Source of the DNA: Leucoraja ocellata
Taxonomy: Eukaryota
Direction: 5' to 3'
Length of the DNA: 64,000 nt
NCBI GenBank assembly: GCA_036785375.1
Contig: JAWMAR010000049.1
Coordinates: 5,270,001 to 5,334,000 of the forward strand
Shown here: in pieces, positions 35,375 to 49,599 of the stretch
How positions within the stretch are numbered: position 1 is the first letter of the stretch
How the letters are laid out: the number at the start of each line of letters is the position of its first letter
Position numbers and translations under genes: made by a program
Notes under the pieces: generated by a model
Databases searched by the model: none
Seen by the model: the letters and a program-made list of their open reading frames with translations, nothing else
What the model was told of the DNA's origin: nothing

Positions 35375-35703
35375 CGGGCCTGTCCCACTTAGGCGATTTT
35401 TTTTAAGCAGCTACAGGCGACTAGTTTGTCACCACATGTTCTCCGGTGGTCGCCGGGAGTCGTCTCCTCAGTCGTGCAAAAAGTCGCAGCGTCTTTCTGG
35501 TCGCCGCTAAATTTTCAACATGTTGAACATTTTTTGGCGACAGTGGGTTTGACGTCAGTGAGCGTAGCTTGACTTCTCTTGTCGTAGGTGCTGTCATAAG
35601 TTGTCGCCAGGATATGTAGGTTGTTGCCAGTTTTTCGGTGACTTGCTACGGCTATGACAGTCGTGGGCAGTTGCCTAAAATATCGTCAAGTGGGACACGC
35701 CCG
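35375..35703. mobile_element. PIF/Harbinger-like MITE with TAA TSD
   Basis: TAA|CGGGCCTGTCCCACTT .. AAGTGGGACACGCCCG|TAA; central TTTTCAACATGTTGAA palindrome. Confidence 0.8.
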
Positions 35704-38700
35704 TAACAGTAAGCTACATCAAAAAAAAACACATCGGAAAAGTACTTTAATAAGTCAAGGGTTGGGTAAAAGAGTGTAGATTAGTATGAAAGAACTTTTC
35801 CTTGATTTTCTTAGGGCGATGAATATCAAACAAAAGCTCGTAATGTTGGTCTATGAGGATGGACATCGGGGGACTTCAGGGTGGGATTTAAAGTTGCTCT
35901 CATTATTTTGTCCAGATTAAAGCGGTGCCAGATCACCAGTTGCTGGAAAATCAGTGGTGAACTTGTATACAACTTCAATTCACGTTAATAAATGCTGGTA
36001 CTGATAGTTTAGTATAACTAGTCTTTAAATTATATTTTTTCAATGAAAAAAAAAGAATGTACATAATACGAATAGAAAACCTGCATACTATCACATTTTA
36101 AAATCACCTTGGGATGCAATGTGAACTTCAATAGTAGAGTAGATAAATAGCTTGGAATAAGTTTTTAATTACTTACCTTAATTAGGTTGCTTTCCATATA
36201 TTGCAGGTAAAGTAACATTTGAACTTGGCTTTATTAAAGTGGAATTTCAAGTATTTAGTCCTTGGAAAGTTTAATGAGGTTGAGAAAATTGGACGAGAGA
36301 GGTATAATCTGGATGTAAACATGAATAACCTTCAGTTATAAATAAAGTGTGAGGCAAAGAGTAGCAATGGCAATATCAAATTGAAATGAAAATATTCCCC
36401 AACAATAAAACCAATATCAACATAAATTTGAATTTTCAATCTAAACTAGACATCTAAATTTGTAAGCACCAAAGGAAATATTTGAAGAGCCAATTTGAAT
36501 GCAATGGTCAAGAACGTCTCTGGAGAGAAAAACAAAGTTAACATTGTCAGGTTGATGACCTATTATCAGCTCTGTTGCTTTCTCCACAAATGTTGCTTGA
36601 CTTGCAGAGTATTTCTAATATTTTGTTTTTATTTCATGTTTGCAGCACGTGCAGTATTTTTCTCATGGATTTCAATAGTATTTCATCATGTTTTGATTAT
36701 TGGCTTGTAGATGTTGTAAAGCCTCTATGGGATCCAGAGGTGGGCCATTTAAGAGTATTTCCAGCTCTTCCCTGCTTTGTGATTACCTAGACTAGGCCAT
36801 TGAATTCTTGAGGCAATGTTCAAATGATTTCATGCTCAAATGACTTCTCTCGATAGTTGGTACCAATGATGGTGTGGATGGTTCTGATGTTTTTTTGTTG
36901 TTCCCTAATTCTCCTTTAAACTTGAAATTTTCTCTTGATTGGCTTCATGACAGTCTAGCATTTCAATGTTACCACTATTAACATATGACTTTAATTTTGT
37001 CTTTTTTAATAGCTTGAGTTAAAATTCACCACCTACCTTGGTGGCATTCAAACATGTTTTCAGATAAATAACCTGGCCCTTTGGATATTAATTCAACAAT
37101 TTCCCTCCACTGCTATTGTGATCCTAAAACTGAATATGGCAGGGTGTGAGAAAGTAGTAGTTTCAGGTAAAATAAAGATTTTATTGATGTGTCTATTTGA
37201 GTAGCGGTGACAAATGACAAAGTATTTGCTTGCAGGAGGGATTGTTGCTGTGTTTGCTCAACTTTACAGGCACAGGGGAAATGCTTTTATTTTGTAGCAG
37301 AAATTGATTTGCTGCACAAATGGAAAAGTGAGACAAACATAATTGATGTTAATGGACAGAATTTATATTTAAAATTCAAAATTGTTGCTGCTACGATTTA
37401 AGCCGGCATTTTATTATTTTAAATTGTGTATTATTTAGTTGTAATCCCAATTTCAAGATACATCATAGGGTCATTTAAATTTTTTTGCCAAATCTACAAC
37501 GACTCTTTTAATGGCATTAGGCCACTTCACACTACCTTAGGTTTCACACAGGGGCAAACAAATAAAACTAGTCATTTATTAGGAAGTGACAAATTAACAC
37601 CACTGTGCAAACTGTAGTATGCTACTTGTTTAAAAAAATCCAAAAAGAGGTAGTGCCCCTGTATTTTGAGGTCAGAACTTTGCTTTATTTTATACGACCC
37701 ATGGGTAAAAGGAGAGAGTTGAAAAATAGGAACTATTATTTCTATAGGTCTCAGAAATGTCCATATAGTGCTGTTCAAAACCAGACAAAAGTCTGGAAGT
37801 AATTTTAATTTTCCTGCCAAACTGAATTGAGGATTTTCATTTTCATCTCTTGTATAACTAGAGGAGTGAGAATAACAGAGGGTGGGATGCAAGAGAGGGC
37901 TATCTTTTGTATTAAATGATCAGCAATTGTCACCAACACCTAGTTCTTTTCATTTATGAAAAGAGATTGGTGAGGCTAGATTGTTTTACTTCGGGCGGAA
38001 AGAGGACCTGACTGTGGTATTACAAACTTATGAGGGGCAGGGACAGGGTGGATTGCAGGATTTGTGTACATAAGAGGTGACAAAAACAAGATGTCTGTAA
38101 CATATGGGGAAAGAGATTTGGAGAGGATCTGAGAATATTTTCACCTCGAGGTTAGTTGGCATCTGTAAAAGCATTGCCTTAATGAGTGCTGGAAGTGGGT
38201 ACTCCCACAGCATTTAAAACATATTGAGACGTATTGAATTGTCATGGTGGATTATGGTGGATGGGAAATTGATGGTTGGCATAGATGTACTTAGCCAAAG
38301 GTGTGCTATATGACTCACTCCAGTTTTGACTGTAATGTGCGAAATGATTATTAATTGTCCTTGTTGTAATTTGTGTAATGTTTTCCTCCCAACCAATGCT
38401 TTATTCGGGTGATAAGTCGGTTTAATTCTTGCTCATGGGAATTTACTGTCCATAGGTTGGCTGTTTGTGTCCAATTATATTCATGGACATGAATGGCACT
38501 ATCTAAATCCAAATCTTTCGGAATTTTCTCGTATAATATCCGTCTTCACAACCACCCCTCCAAGAAAACTATCTCCAATAAAAAAAGGCACTTTTTAGAA
38601 ATGTGAGCCTTTAATCTGATTAGTCGCCTGGTGTTAAGTTTCAAGGGGTTTATGGAATATTTTAAACATATGGTTTCAGACATTAGAAACAATGGTGCAG

Positions 38701-39718
38701 AAAGTAATCACAGAAGACATGACAGACTTGAAGAATCTTTAAAAGAGGAAGGCTGTTTAAAAGAGGTAGACTAAAAGAGGTAGATCTGTGATTGTGATGG
38801 TTAGAGAGTCATTAGATTTTTATTATCTGTGTGCAGAGACCAAAGATAGCAACCTGAATGGCAGATCACCATCTGCTCATTTCACTCGTAGAGATAAAAT
38901 ATAGTGCAGAGAAATATGAAATTATAGAAAGAGAATATGGCGCACACACATAGTAAAGAGACTTAAACTGGAAAGCCACAGGAAGCAAGTGCAATGTTGT
39001 TTGCCTGTATCTGTTCAACAGAAAGCAGTCAGCCCATCAATTAAGTGCTGCCTCAGCATTCTAATGATTGCCATGTGCAGCCGGTACCAACTTACTGCTT
39101 ACTAACTGCATGCACTAACAGGGTCCCAATGTCACTTATAAGCAGGACTTGAAGTTTGTCTGGATAAAGCTGGGTTTCACATCGTAAAAGGGAAATATAT
39201 TGTGGTTGCAGGAAGAGCAAGATTAATTTCTAGAAATGAAAATGACTTGTGGAAGAATGATCAATGGATGATATTCTACATCTTTGGAGTGAAGAAGATG
39301 GATGTGGCTGGACTTGGCAGAGGCCCTTCAGCCACATAATGGGACTGAATGTTGGCACTTTATTAAGATTAAGTAGATAGAAAATTAACATTGTTGTGAC
39401 TTGTGCATTGAGTCACTCGGAGACTGAAGCTGGTGGGATATGAAAGGTCATTCTTCATCATGACAAGCAGACATTCTTGTGCAGACCCTTTTAGAAGTAT
39501 CTCCCCAAAATCAAAGTACAGTTTTTAATACTCTTGGCAGCAAAGATCACAGCAGGTTATTCAATTTCAATAGCTGCAATGACATAATTTACTTTTGAAT
39601 TTACTAGCCTTGAAGTATTATTGAGCTGTTTAATTATTCTTGAAGTGTTGAAGCTTGCGTAATGAAGAATCGCGACCAGTATCTTGCAGATATAACAGTT
39701 AGACAACCTTCCCTGTAA

Positions 39719-40125
39719 ATAATAATAATAATAATAACTTTATTTGTTAAGCACCTTAAAAAACAACCAAAGCTGACCAAAGTGCTGTACAGAAAAAAGA
39801 AAACAAGCAAGACATCATAAAACAGGCAGAACAACAGAACATACAGCTAACACGAGGCGCATAAATTACATACGAAAATCCAAACAATAAATTAAAATAC
39901 ATAAAACACGAGTACGAACCCCGCAGCAAAACCAAGCAAATAAAGTAAATAAACAATTCAACACCTTACTGGTCTACAAAGGCCACGGAGAATAGATATG
40001 TCTTCAGGAGCGACTTAAAAACAGCTAGAGAAGGTGCCTGTTTAACGTGCAGAGGCAATTCATTCCACAATCTCGGAGCCGACACAGCAAAGGCACGGTC
40101 CCCTCTGAGCTTCCGCTTAGTCTTG
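39719..40125 (-). mobile_element. L2-clade LINE 3' end
   Basis: KTKRKLRGDRAFAVSAPRLWNELP..FKSLLKTYLF; TGTACAGCACTTTG..(ATT)n tail. Confidence 0.85.
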
Positions 40126-41197
40126 GAGGAATTTTTGAATATCTTCAAAAATAAAATGTCTAAGTCTCCAATTGATCTGGAAAAAATAAGGGAAAAATGG
40201 TGCATTTAAACAGTCCATCAGGGTCAAGGGTGACGGTTCATCTTTAGTTCTGTGGTTTTTGATGGGACAATGAGCCCAGTGTCAGATTCACAGATGCTGT
40301 CACAAATCAAGGAGCAGGTGCATGTTGGAGTGGATGGCTGGGCAAGGCTCTACCATGCGCTCTCAATAGCGAAAGTGGAGAGTGGAAATAAAATAAAAAA
40401 TAAAAATATCAATGCTATTCCGGGTACTCCTCCAATTCTGATCAGTAATGGTCTCGGGAGTCCCACTTAAATAATTGCTTCCACAACATCCTTGAATCAT
40501 TCTCTGCATTCTCCTGGTAATACAATAATATACAATACAATGATACTTTATTAGCCAAGTATGTTTTGCAACATTCGAGGAATTTAATTTGCCAAGTCAG
40601 TCATACAAATAAAAAGCAACAGAACACACAAAATACATTTTAACAAAAGCATCCACCAGAGTGACTCCTCCACATTCCTCACTGTGATGGAAGGCGGAAA
40701 AAAAAATTCAATCTTCCCTTCTTTGTTCTCCCGTGGTCAGGGGCCTCGAGCCTTCCGTTGACGGGACGATCTTAACTCCCGTAGCCGGCGACGTTTAGGC
40801 CCTCCGCATCGTGGCGATCAGCTCCCGCATCAGGGGGGATGTCAGCTCCCCCGCGCCGGCCGATCAGATCCCAGGTCGGGGCGTTGAACCTCTGCGTCTT
40901 TGGAGCTGCCATGACAGAGCTTGTAAGTGCCTGTTTTGGGAGTCCAATGTCAGACATGCAAATAATGTGGCACACTGTTGGAGCCAACTGAGTTAGTTCG
41001 AGCTTTAATGCCAATGGTATTTGCCTGAGAAGAGACAATGATTTTCTTATCAAGTCAGGACATTTGGAGGGTTTTATGGAGACAGCTTTGGTGCTACTTT
41101 TCCAATACTTGGAGATACCTTTTGTAAGTAGTCCATGATTGAGGCATGTTCAGAAAGAGGGAGGATCCCTTTTCTTCAGATGGCCAAAATCTTTGCT

Positions 41198-41295
41198 GGC
41201 TGAAGAAGGGTCTCGACCCGAAACGTCACCCATTCCTCCTCTCCAGAGATGCTGCCTGTCCCGCTGAGTTACTCCAGCTTTGTGTGTCTTTCTAC
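41198..41295 (+). mobile_element. PLE short element with intact hammerhead core
   Basis: CTGAAGA-A-GGGT-CTCG-ACCC-GAAA-CG-TC at 41200-41227. Confidence 0.75.
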
Positions 41296-44200
41296 AGTAG
41301 TAGGAGTGATGTTGAATTTCATTATCATAATTTGCCTTCATTGAGAGATGATGCCCAAGACATGGAAAGTGATCTACATTGTCCAGGGTCTTGCCTGAAC
41401 CAAACTTGTTGATTATTGCTCTACAGTACAGGCAGGTAGGATGATGACTTGGTTCACTAATATTTTGTATAATGTGAGAGGTCGTAGAATCATGCTCATC
41501 CCTGATAATTTATTCAACCACATGTAGCAAATCTAATGTGGATAAAGTCCAAAGCTGATCTAATTACAGTGAAAACTGGACGGCTTTATACCCTTTGTTC
41601 TTGCTTTTGCAAATATCTTGCATTGTTTTTGTCTCATGATAATTGATAGAATCAATCATCCGCACGAGTTATTGCAACATTCCCTGACCAAGAAATGTTC
41701 CTTTATTAGAGCCTTAATAAGGCTTATAGCTGAGCAAAATAAAAAGCTCTTTGTGTATAAAGTCCATTCTCTCGCATGCTTCAGTGAACAAATCGACGAT
41801 GTGTCCACTGCAGAACCGATGGCGAGCGAATCTCAGCATTGGTATGCAGATAACATTTGCTTACGAGCACATTTGGAGACACCTGTTTTCCGGAGAGCAA
41901 GGCTGTGCACCAGTTCTTGAAAAAGAATAAACTGCAGGTGCTAGAAATATGATGCAAAAATGCTGAGGATACAGAGCAAATCGAGCAGCATCCATGGAGA
42001 GAGACACCAAGTTAGCCTTGAAGGTTGGCAACTCAACATCAGAAATGGTGGCCATATCTTTCAACACACCTGGAATCACCATTGATCTTATTAAATGGCC
42101 TATATTTCTTTTTCCATTTTAGCACGGGCATTAATCTGTGTTGAACGCAAAAAATAGGACTGCCACTGTCAGTGCAAGGTAGATTAATAAGGTCGCTGAA
42201 ATGCTTCCCCAAGGAGCAGTAAATTATTTTTTCTCAGGATGACAGCATTCATTATCTCATCACTGCGACGCTGCAAGTGTCCTTCCTGGTGCCCTCATCT
42301 GGTCAGCTCGGACGTCCCCTGTCACATCAAGCTGTTTTGGCCCAAAGCTACTTGAGGTAATGCACTGAAAGGCAACAGCCATCCATCGTTCACTCTAGGA
42401 TAGTTTCTTGTAAAAATGCCAGGATACTAAGAGATCAGGCACTGTTATCAAGTTAGTTTTGTATACATTATGCGGTGATATAATTTACAAATTAGCTTTG
42501 TTTGCTTATTTGGTATTTTATTTTAGTTTTTTATTGTAAACCAAGAGGTCAATATTTTTGTCAGTGGCAAAAGGAATGGAAGGAATGTGACCCTTGATGA
42601 ATAACAAATTGGGATTGAACTTGCCTTTATTGGACTTTTACTTGTATAGCTCACTGGAGAGGGACTGTTGGAATGGCAACTTCCCATTTCTACTTCTGAA
42701 TGTCCTCATAATCTTGCCCATGAGAGATGCTAAGACCTGTTTTGCATGATGGTGAGGTATTCTAACTGGCAGAGACCTCCATGAATCTTGAGACCCGCTC
42801 TGCTGAGTACCATAGGACTCCCCAGTAACATCTAGACAACAGAAGCATTGCCTTGACATATCTATCATTGGTCTGCACCGCCATGTTTCTTCACTCACGT
42901 TGGGTGTATGCTGCATAGATCTCTGTGAGTTGCTGCCTGACCCACTGAATAACTCCAACACTTTGTGGTCTTCTTTTGCAAACCAGCATCTGCAGTTCCT
43001 TGTTTCTACTATGTGTGTATTAGTCACTCTAGCTTTGTTGGCAGATTGTAATGGCTGGTGTAGTGGTCTGCTGCATCATAAATAAGGTGAATTCTACCCA
43101 CCCTTTGTGTGCGGTGCATCATGAGTATTTGGAATTCTTCCTCAAAGGGTTTCTGTCAGCAGAGGCTTTATATATTTTTAAGGTAGATTGTGTTCATGAT
43201 AAGCAAGGAGGTGAAAGGTGACTAAGAATGGCTGGAAATATGGAGTTGAGGCTGCAATCATGTCAGCTGAAGGGACTTCTTCCTTCTTACGTATGGCGTG
43301 CAGAGCCTAAAGTTGTAGGACAACTTGTTCCATTTGATCTAGCTGAGTAGTCGAGTCTTGCTTTTAATTTGTTTAATGGCTAAAAGAGTAAAGGGAAGTT
43401 GGTGAGTAAATAAGTTGCTGGGGTGCAGAAAAATAAGGAGAGTAAGACTAATGCGATTTATTCCCTGGGAGTTAGCACGGTCCTTATAGACTGAATGACC
43501 TCCTTCTGGTTATAAGATCGAGTTATGGTTTCAGCATTTGGCAGAAAACAATAACTCCCAGAGTGAAATACAGACATATTAAATACTGGAGGTCATTGAG
43601 ATTTCTTTCACGAGTTGGTCTCTCTATATTGTTATGGCCGTTTACCAAGAATTTCCCTTTCAAGCACTTTAGGCCAGTTTAAGAAATCTTGAATGTGCAT
43701 TATAATTGATGGATTATATGTGAAACTTTAGAGGTAACTACAGCAGCCACTTTCCAATCATTACGATCGCACACACAGCAGACTATACAATTACTTACAT
43801 TTGTTATGACGGTGATGTTCATGGGATTAAGGATAGGCAAGATGCCAGAACACATGCACTTTTTCCCCTTTATGTGACATGGTTGAATATTTTTATTTGA
43901 TCTGATCAAGTAGACAGGTTTCAACTGAGATTATTGCTTAAGTAAAAAGTTTAATTTTATTTTGACATTGCTGAAGAGTAAATATTCAGAACTCTAAAAT
44001 GCAGCATTTTATTTCGGAATGGAAACTGTGACATGACTCATTATGCTGCCAACTGAATCAAACTAACAAGTGTGGAAAATAAAGGTTCCACTCATTGAAA
44101 AACTTACTGCACATAGATTTTCTTATTCATTCACAGGATGTGTATGTTACAGGCAAAGTCAGCATTTAATATTCACTCCCACTTCCCCCTTGAACCGAGA

Positions 44201-44819
44201 GAATTGTTGGGCAGACCAGTCAAATGACAGATCCCTTTGACATCCGTGAGCCAGTTGGGATTTTACCACAATCATGACTGGTGAAAAATTTGCAATTCCA
44301 GATTTAATTGATTAACTGGATTTAAATTCCACAGCTAGCTTAAAATGATTCATATTTGTATCTCTCAAATAATAGTCCAGGCCTCTGAATGTTAGCCTGG
44401 TAACCTTACTGCTGTGCTACCGGATTCTTTTGGTATCTTATTACCATCACAAGATGAAATCATTTTTTTCCATAAGTAGCACATGAAATTATTAATCGCA
44501 GAGAATGTCGGAAGCAGTGACTATAATCAATTAGAATGTAATTTAATAATATTTGAAACAGAAAAGTTATTGATAATATGGGGTAAAGCAGAGAAATACT
44601 AGGTGACCCCTAACAATTAGCACAGCAATGGATCCATAGCCACATATTGTATATCTTGCCCTTTACCATCTTGCTCGTCCATCTCCCTCTACCCCAACAT
44701 CATACATAGGTCATCTGTTTTCTCTGGCTCCTGCCTGTCTGACAATAGCCACAGCTCCAACCTCCTTTACTTTTAGAAAATAAACTTCTGGGAGGATACT
44801 TGTCACTTTACCTCCCCCC

Positions 44820-45385
44820 CCCCCCCCCTCGACTCCATCCAAGGCCCCAAGCAGTCTTTCCAGGTGAGGTAGAGGTTCACCTGCACCTCCTCCAACCTCA
44901 TCTATTGCATCCGCTATTCTAGGTGTCAACTGCTCTACATCGGTGAGACCAAGCGCAGGCTTGGCGATCGGTTCGGCCAACACCTCTGCTCAGTTCGCAT
45001 TAACCAACCTGGTCTCCCGGTGGCTCAGCACTTCAACTCCCCCTCCCATTCCGAATCTGACCTTTCTGTCCTGGGCCTCCTCCATGGCCAGAGTGAGTCC
45101 CACCGCAAATTGGAGGAGCAGCAGGTCGTATTTCGATTGGGTGGTTTACACCCCAGCAGTATGAACATTGACTTCTCCAATTTCAGGTACTCCTTGCTTT
45201 CTCCCTCCTTCCCCTCCCCTTCCCAGCTCTCCCACAGCCAACTGTCTCCGCCCCTTCCTTTCTTCTTCCCGCCCACCCACCCCCACATCGGTCTGAAGAA
45301 GGGTCTCGACCCGAAACGTCACCCATTCCTTCACTCCATAGATGCTGCCTCAGCTGCTGAGTTTCTCCAGCTTTTTGTCTACCTT
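44820..45385 (+). mobile_element. Penelope-like retroelement 3' end: GIY-YIG endonuclease plus hammerhead-containing terminal region
   Basis: Translates QGPKQSFQVR*RFTCTSSNLIYCIRYSRCQLLYIGETKRRLGDRFGQHL..VAQHFN..RKLEEQ..FRLG.LHP..MN (IY..YIG, R, E, N of GIY-YIG; one stop). Confidence 0.9.
45290..45323 (+). ncRNA. Minimal type I hammerhead ribozyme motif (PLE-associated)
   Basis: GGU-CUGAAGA-A-GGGU(CUCG)ACCC-GAAA-CG-UC/ACC: stem I GGU/ACC, stem II, conserved core, palindromic ACGU in place of stem III. Confidence 0.72.
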
Positions 45386-46254
45386 CTGGGAGACAATGTC
45401 ATCTTCCAAATATTTGACCAAACTTTCTCAAAATTCCATTTGTTCACAAAATTCCGCATTCTTCTGCCACTTTTTCCCATGGTGCTAAAATGCACAAGCC
45501 TAATAATCAATGAATGAAATAATTGTTACCATGGTGAATTTATTTTTTCATCTTCATCAACTTTATTGGAACATGCCAGGCAGCTGGCTGTTTTCTCCTT
45601 CCAATGCTTCTCTGTATTCTGATCTCATTCTGCAGCTGTGACTATACTTAATAAGCTGTAAATTGCTTTGGGACTTCCTGACCAGGTGGAATGCTCTTCA
45701 TAAACTTAAGCCATTATTGTTTTCCTTTCTCTTCTCCCTATAGAATCTCAGGGCCTTCCTATGAAGCTTGGATTTCCCAAAAGTAACCAAAGAATACAGA
45801 ACAGTGGCTGCTTTCCCTACCTCTTTTTCCAACGTTGAGATCGCAAAAGCATTTTGTTTGGCCATTTCTCTCTTATTAACATCATGCTTCTAAACGGCAC
45901 GATGAGCAAACATGGGTCATTCTTTAATGTGCATATTGACCCAACACTATCCATCCACCATTTCGAGCAACATTTCAATGCTAAATATAAAACAAATCTT
46001 GTCTGAAATTAATGTTGGATAAGATGATAGTCTAGGCTCATTTGCTGATGAAAGAGACTTAACCACTCCAATGTATTCTTGGCTGGTTTCCATAAATTTG
46101 AAATCATTCAATACTGTTGCTCATCTACTATTTTGTACTGACTTCATTTCAGTTGCCCTTGTTACCCTACATCGAACCCCAGTTATGTAACCTCTCATTT
46201 TCTTTTACATTGCCTTCTCTTCAAAACCCTCGCTGAGCTTGCGGTTCTCTACTC

Positions 46255-46555
46255 ACCACCAGGACTCAGGAGCAGCTTCTTCCCCTCTATTATCAGATTT
46301 CTGAACTGTCCTTCCACAAGCTAGGGTTCTGTCCGATTCACCTCTACCCCACTGGATATTTGACCTCATCTATGAAACAAATGCACTACAATGCTGAGAA
46401 CTATATTCTGCACTCTGCATACCTACCCCTTTGCTCTATCTATTAAACGTGTTTGACTTGATTGTATTTATGTGTGGCATACCTAATCTGCTTGGATAGC
46501 AAGCAAATCATAGCTGTACCTCAGTACGCATGACAATAATAAACCTAAACCTATA
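46255..46555 (+). mobile_element. Rex1/Babar-type LINE 3' end
   Basis: ACCACCAGGACTCAGGAGCAGCTTCTTCCC (TTR.R.SFFP-type end) ..GTACCTCAGTACGCATGACAATAATAAACCTAAACCTA tail. Confidence 0.6.
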
Positions 46556-47688
46556 TTTCTTTATCCTCCAATCCTTGCGTTAGGCTCGTCTCCAAATATA
46601 ATTGTTCCGCTATTGTCACATCGCATTCAACTGCTGAACTCTTCATCTCTAGTACTATCCCAAATCACCCATACTTCTTCAACTCTCCTTTGTTCTTCAA
46701 GATACTCCTTGAAACCTATCTCTTTGAGATTTCAGTCATATGTCTCAATATTTACTTTGATAACCTAATGACAAATGTTTAGCTCTGTTAGAACCAATGA
46801 AGAATTCATCTTCTCAGGCATTCCCTCGTGATCAAGGCTGATTGCTTCCACTCTAGTTTAGAAGGTTCTGAGGTGACGAGGGCTAATGTGGGAACTACAG
46901 ATGCTGCCACTGATAGGGCAGGAGGTACCTGACAGTGCCCGTGGGCAGGTAGTTTATTAGGTGTGCCCCTACTGGCTATAGAGGGATCCTGCACATTACC
47001 AATGCATGGACTTGATGTTCTCAATATCATTCTGCACACTGAGTAGACTTTGGTCAAAGATTCCCAAGAGTCAGCTGGGGACCTGGAAATCTCTTCCCAT
47101 AGCAAGGCTCAGAAAGGTTTTCTATTTCGTGGAGTATGCAAATAGCATTTTTGCATATCTGACACCAGGCACCTGAGACGGGTGGTCTATTCTGAGCTCT
47201 GGCACAGGAAGAGACTGTGTATTTAGGGCTTCAATGCTGAAGATGAACCCCTGGTTATTCTTCAGTGAATTTGGAGTATTATGCAGTGTCACCTTTGTGC
47301 ATTCATTCAAATGCCTTGAAGTATCTGCTGCAGGTGGTCCAGGTCGTGGAAGCAGTTTAGATCCCTGTCTGTTAGACTGTGTTCAGTCTGAGATCTTGCT
47401 CTTCAAACTTTGCTTTCCTCAATCAATCAAAAACTGAAGGTAAAAGCCAATGTAATTATCAATATCTATGATATGGGAAGTGATGCACATTTTCCAGGGT
47501 CACAAGTAGTATTTAGGATTACTTCTTTAATACCCCCTGCCCTTCACTTCCAAAAAGGTTAACTTTTCAACTTCCTTTTCTTTAACACTTCCACAGACTA
47601 TCCGATTTAAGTTTTCAGTCACCTCTTGCTGGCAGTCTTGAGACTTTTTTTGGCAGAGTAACAAATTACTTGAACTCTTTCATTTTAG

Positions 47689-47737
47689 GTTGAGGTAAAG
47701 AAGATCAAAGAAAGGGTCAGAAATGTTCCTCAAAAAG
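47689..47737 (+). CDS. TPST1: Probable TPST1 coding exon 5 (49 nt)
   Basis: CTCTTTCATTTTAG| acceptor, open VEVKKIKERVRNVPQK in phase with exon 4, donor AAG|GTAAGA. Confidence 0.62.
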
Positions 47738-47783
47738 GTAAGAGATAGAAATTTGAATCTTAATGTGAAATTCTTAAGATTAA

Positions 47784-48095
47784 GGGCGGCACGGTGGCGT
47801 AGTGGTAGACCTACTACCTTATAGTGCCAGAGACCCGGGTTCGATCCTGACTACAGGTGTCTGTATGGAGTTTGTACGTTCTCCCCGTGACCTGTGGGTT
47901 TTCTCTGAGATCTTCGGTTTCCTCCCACACTCCAAAAGACGTACATGTTTATAGGTTAATAGGTTTGGTATAAATGTAAAATTGTCCCTAGTGTGTGTTG
48001 GATAGTGTTATTGTGTAGGCATCGCTGGTTGGTGCGGACTCGGTCGGCCGAACGCCTGTTACCATGCTGTATCTCTAAAATAAACTAAAAAACTA
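47784..48095 (+). mobile_element. V-SINE/HE1-like SINE, well preserved
   Basis: GGGCGGCACGGTGGCGTAGTGGTAGA (A box), GGGTTCGATCC (B box), core and (CTAAA)n tail. Confidence 0.85.
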
Positions 48096-49599
48096 AATGA
48101 TGTCCATGTGCTTGTCCTGGGTACAAATGCCTGTGATAGTACAGTACTAGGATTTGTATTGTACCTATACCTCACCATACCTGTGTAGATGACACTAAAC
48201 TCAACTTGGCTTGAAGTGGAAGCAGTCAAAAATGAAGCCTGGGAAAATCCAGGAGGAACTTTGATTAGAATCGAAACAAAGTACGAAAAGAAACGTACCA
48301 CTTGTTTTTGCTCCAGTTCTCATTATGTGAAGGAAATGAGCTGACAATGTTCAAGATGAAAATTATTTTTAACTAAATGAGCCAGATGTGGCTGATGTAT
48401 GACTGATTGAGGTAGAAGGAGCACAGGTGCAAACAGTTTGGGTAATACAGTGGTGCAGCGGTAGAGCTGCTGCCTCACAGCACCAGAGCACCACCTTTTA
48501 TACCATAGAGTTTGCTTAGTATCTTTCTGTCTGTCATAGTGATTAAGTTCTACCCTTTCTTCCATCCCCTGTGTTTCTGCTATTGTTGGCAGAGTCTCTT
48601 CCACTTTGGAGACAACTTCACCATGAGCCACATATATATTGTGGCTATATGAAAAGAATAGACAGTTGAACTAGCGTTGATGATAAGTTTGGATTGAGTA
48701 AATTCTGGCAAAAACAGAGGGGGAGTGGGTAGGTAGCTATGACAATCGCCCCCATCAAATCAAATTCCATTCATGTCAAGTTACTTATCCAGTCATCCAC
48801 TATAGATTTATGAACAGTGGGGTCCCTTGTTCCTTTGTAAATAGACTTATTCAAGTCCTGACCTTATTGTGTGGTTGAAAAGGAGTTCTGGGGCAGCGAT
48901 GCATGATTCAAACTAAGCCAATGAGGTTAAGAGGTGTTAGAGTTATATGTTTACAGTTGCAGATATCAATGCTGGAATGAATATTAGGCATATTACTGCA
49001 GAAGGTACACACCACAGATGTTTTTCAGGAAAGATTACCAAGAATATTCTGGCCAAGCCAGCCAGAAACTGCCTGCATCCCATGATATCACAGAGATGTT
49101 CAACCTCAAACACACAGTTACAACCTCCGATGGGCCTTTTGTTTGCTGCAAAAAAGCTCCATTAACCAGTTCATATCTAACCCTGAAACAAGATTGTCAC
49201 TGTACCTCGATACATGTGGCAATAAATAAACTAAACTAAGCTAAAGATTTAAAAAATAATCTATATCCACCTATCTGAATTCTTGAGTGGCCCACAGAAT
49301 GGACGGATAAATATTTGAATAAAAATAAACTTTCGTTGAGATGTTTTTAAAAAAAAACAAAAAAACAAAGGAAATATTACGAACTGAATGCTCTATGGTA
49401 GCAATAGTACATTGTGCAGAAGGGTGCAATGTTATGTTATACTGTTCTATGATTCTTAGCCTACAGCCGAGGCTAGCTATTCTCAAGAGAGAAACTCATT
49501 CCCTAGCTTTTCGTTAAATACATTTGTATTGTTTAATTCTATACAAAGCGACCCAGTGATGCAAGTTCATAGCACCCTGGAAATCATGATAGGGAAATA

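Noticed and set aside
47784-47860. tRNA gene
   Set aside because: A/B boxes belong to a SINE head that continues into SINE core and LINE tail; no full cloverleaf
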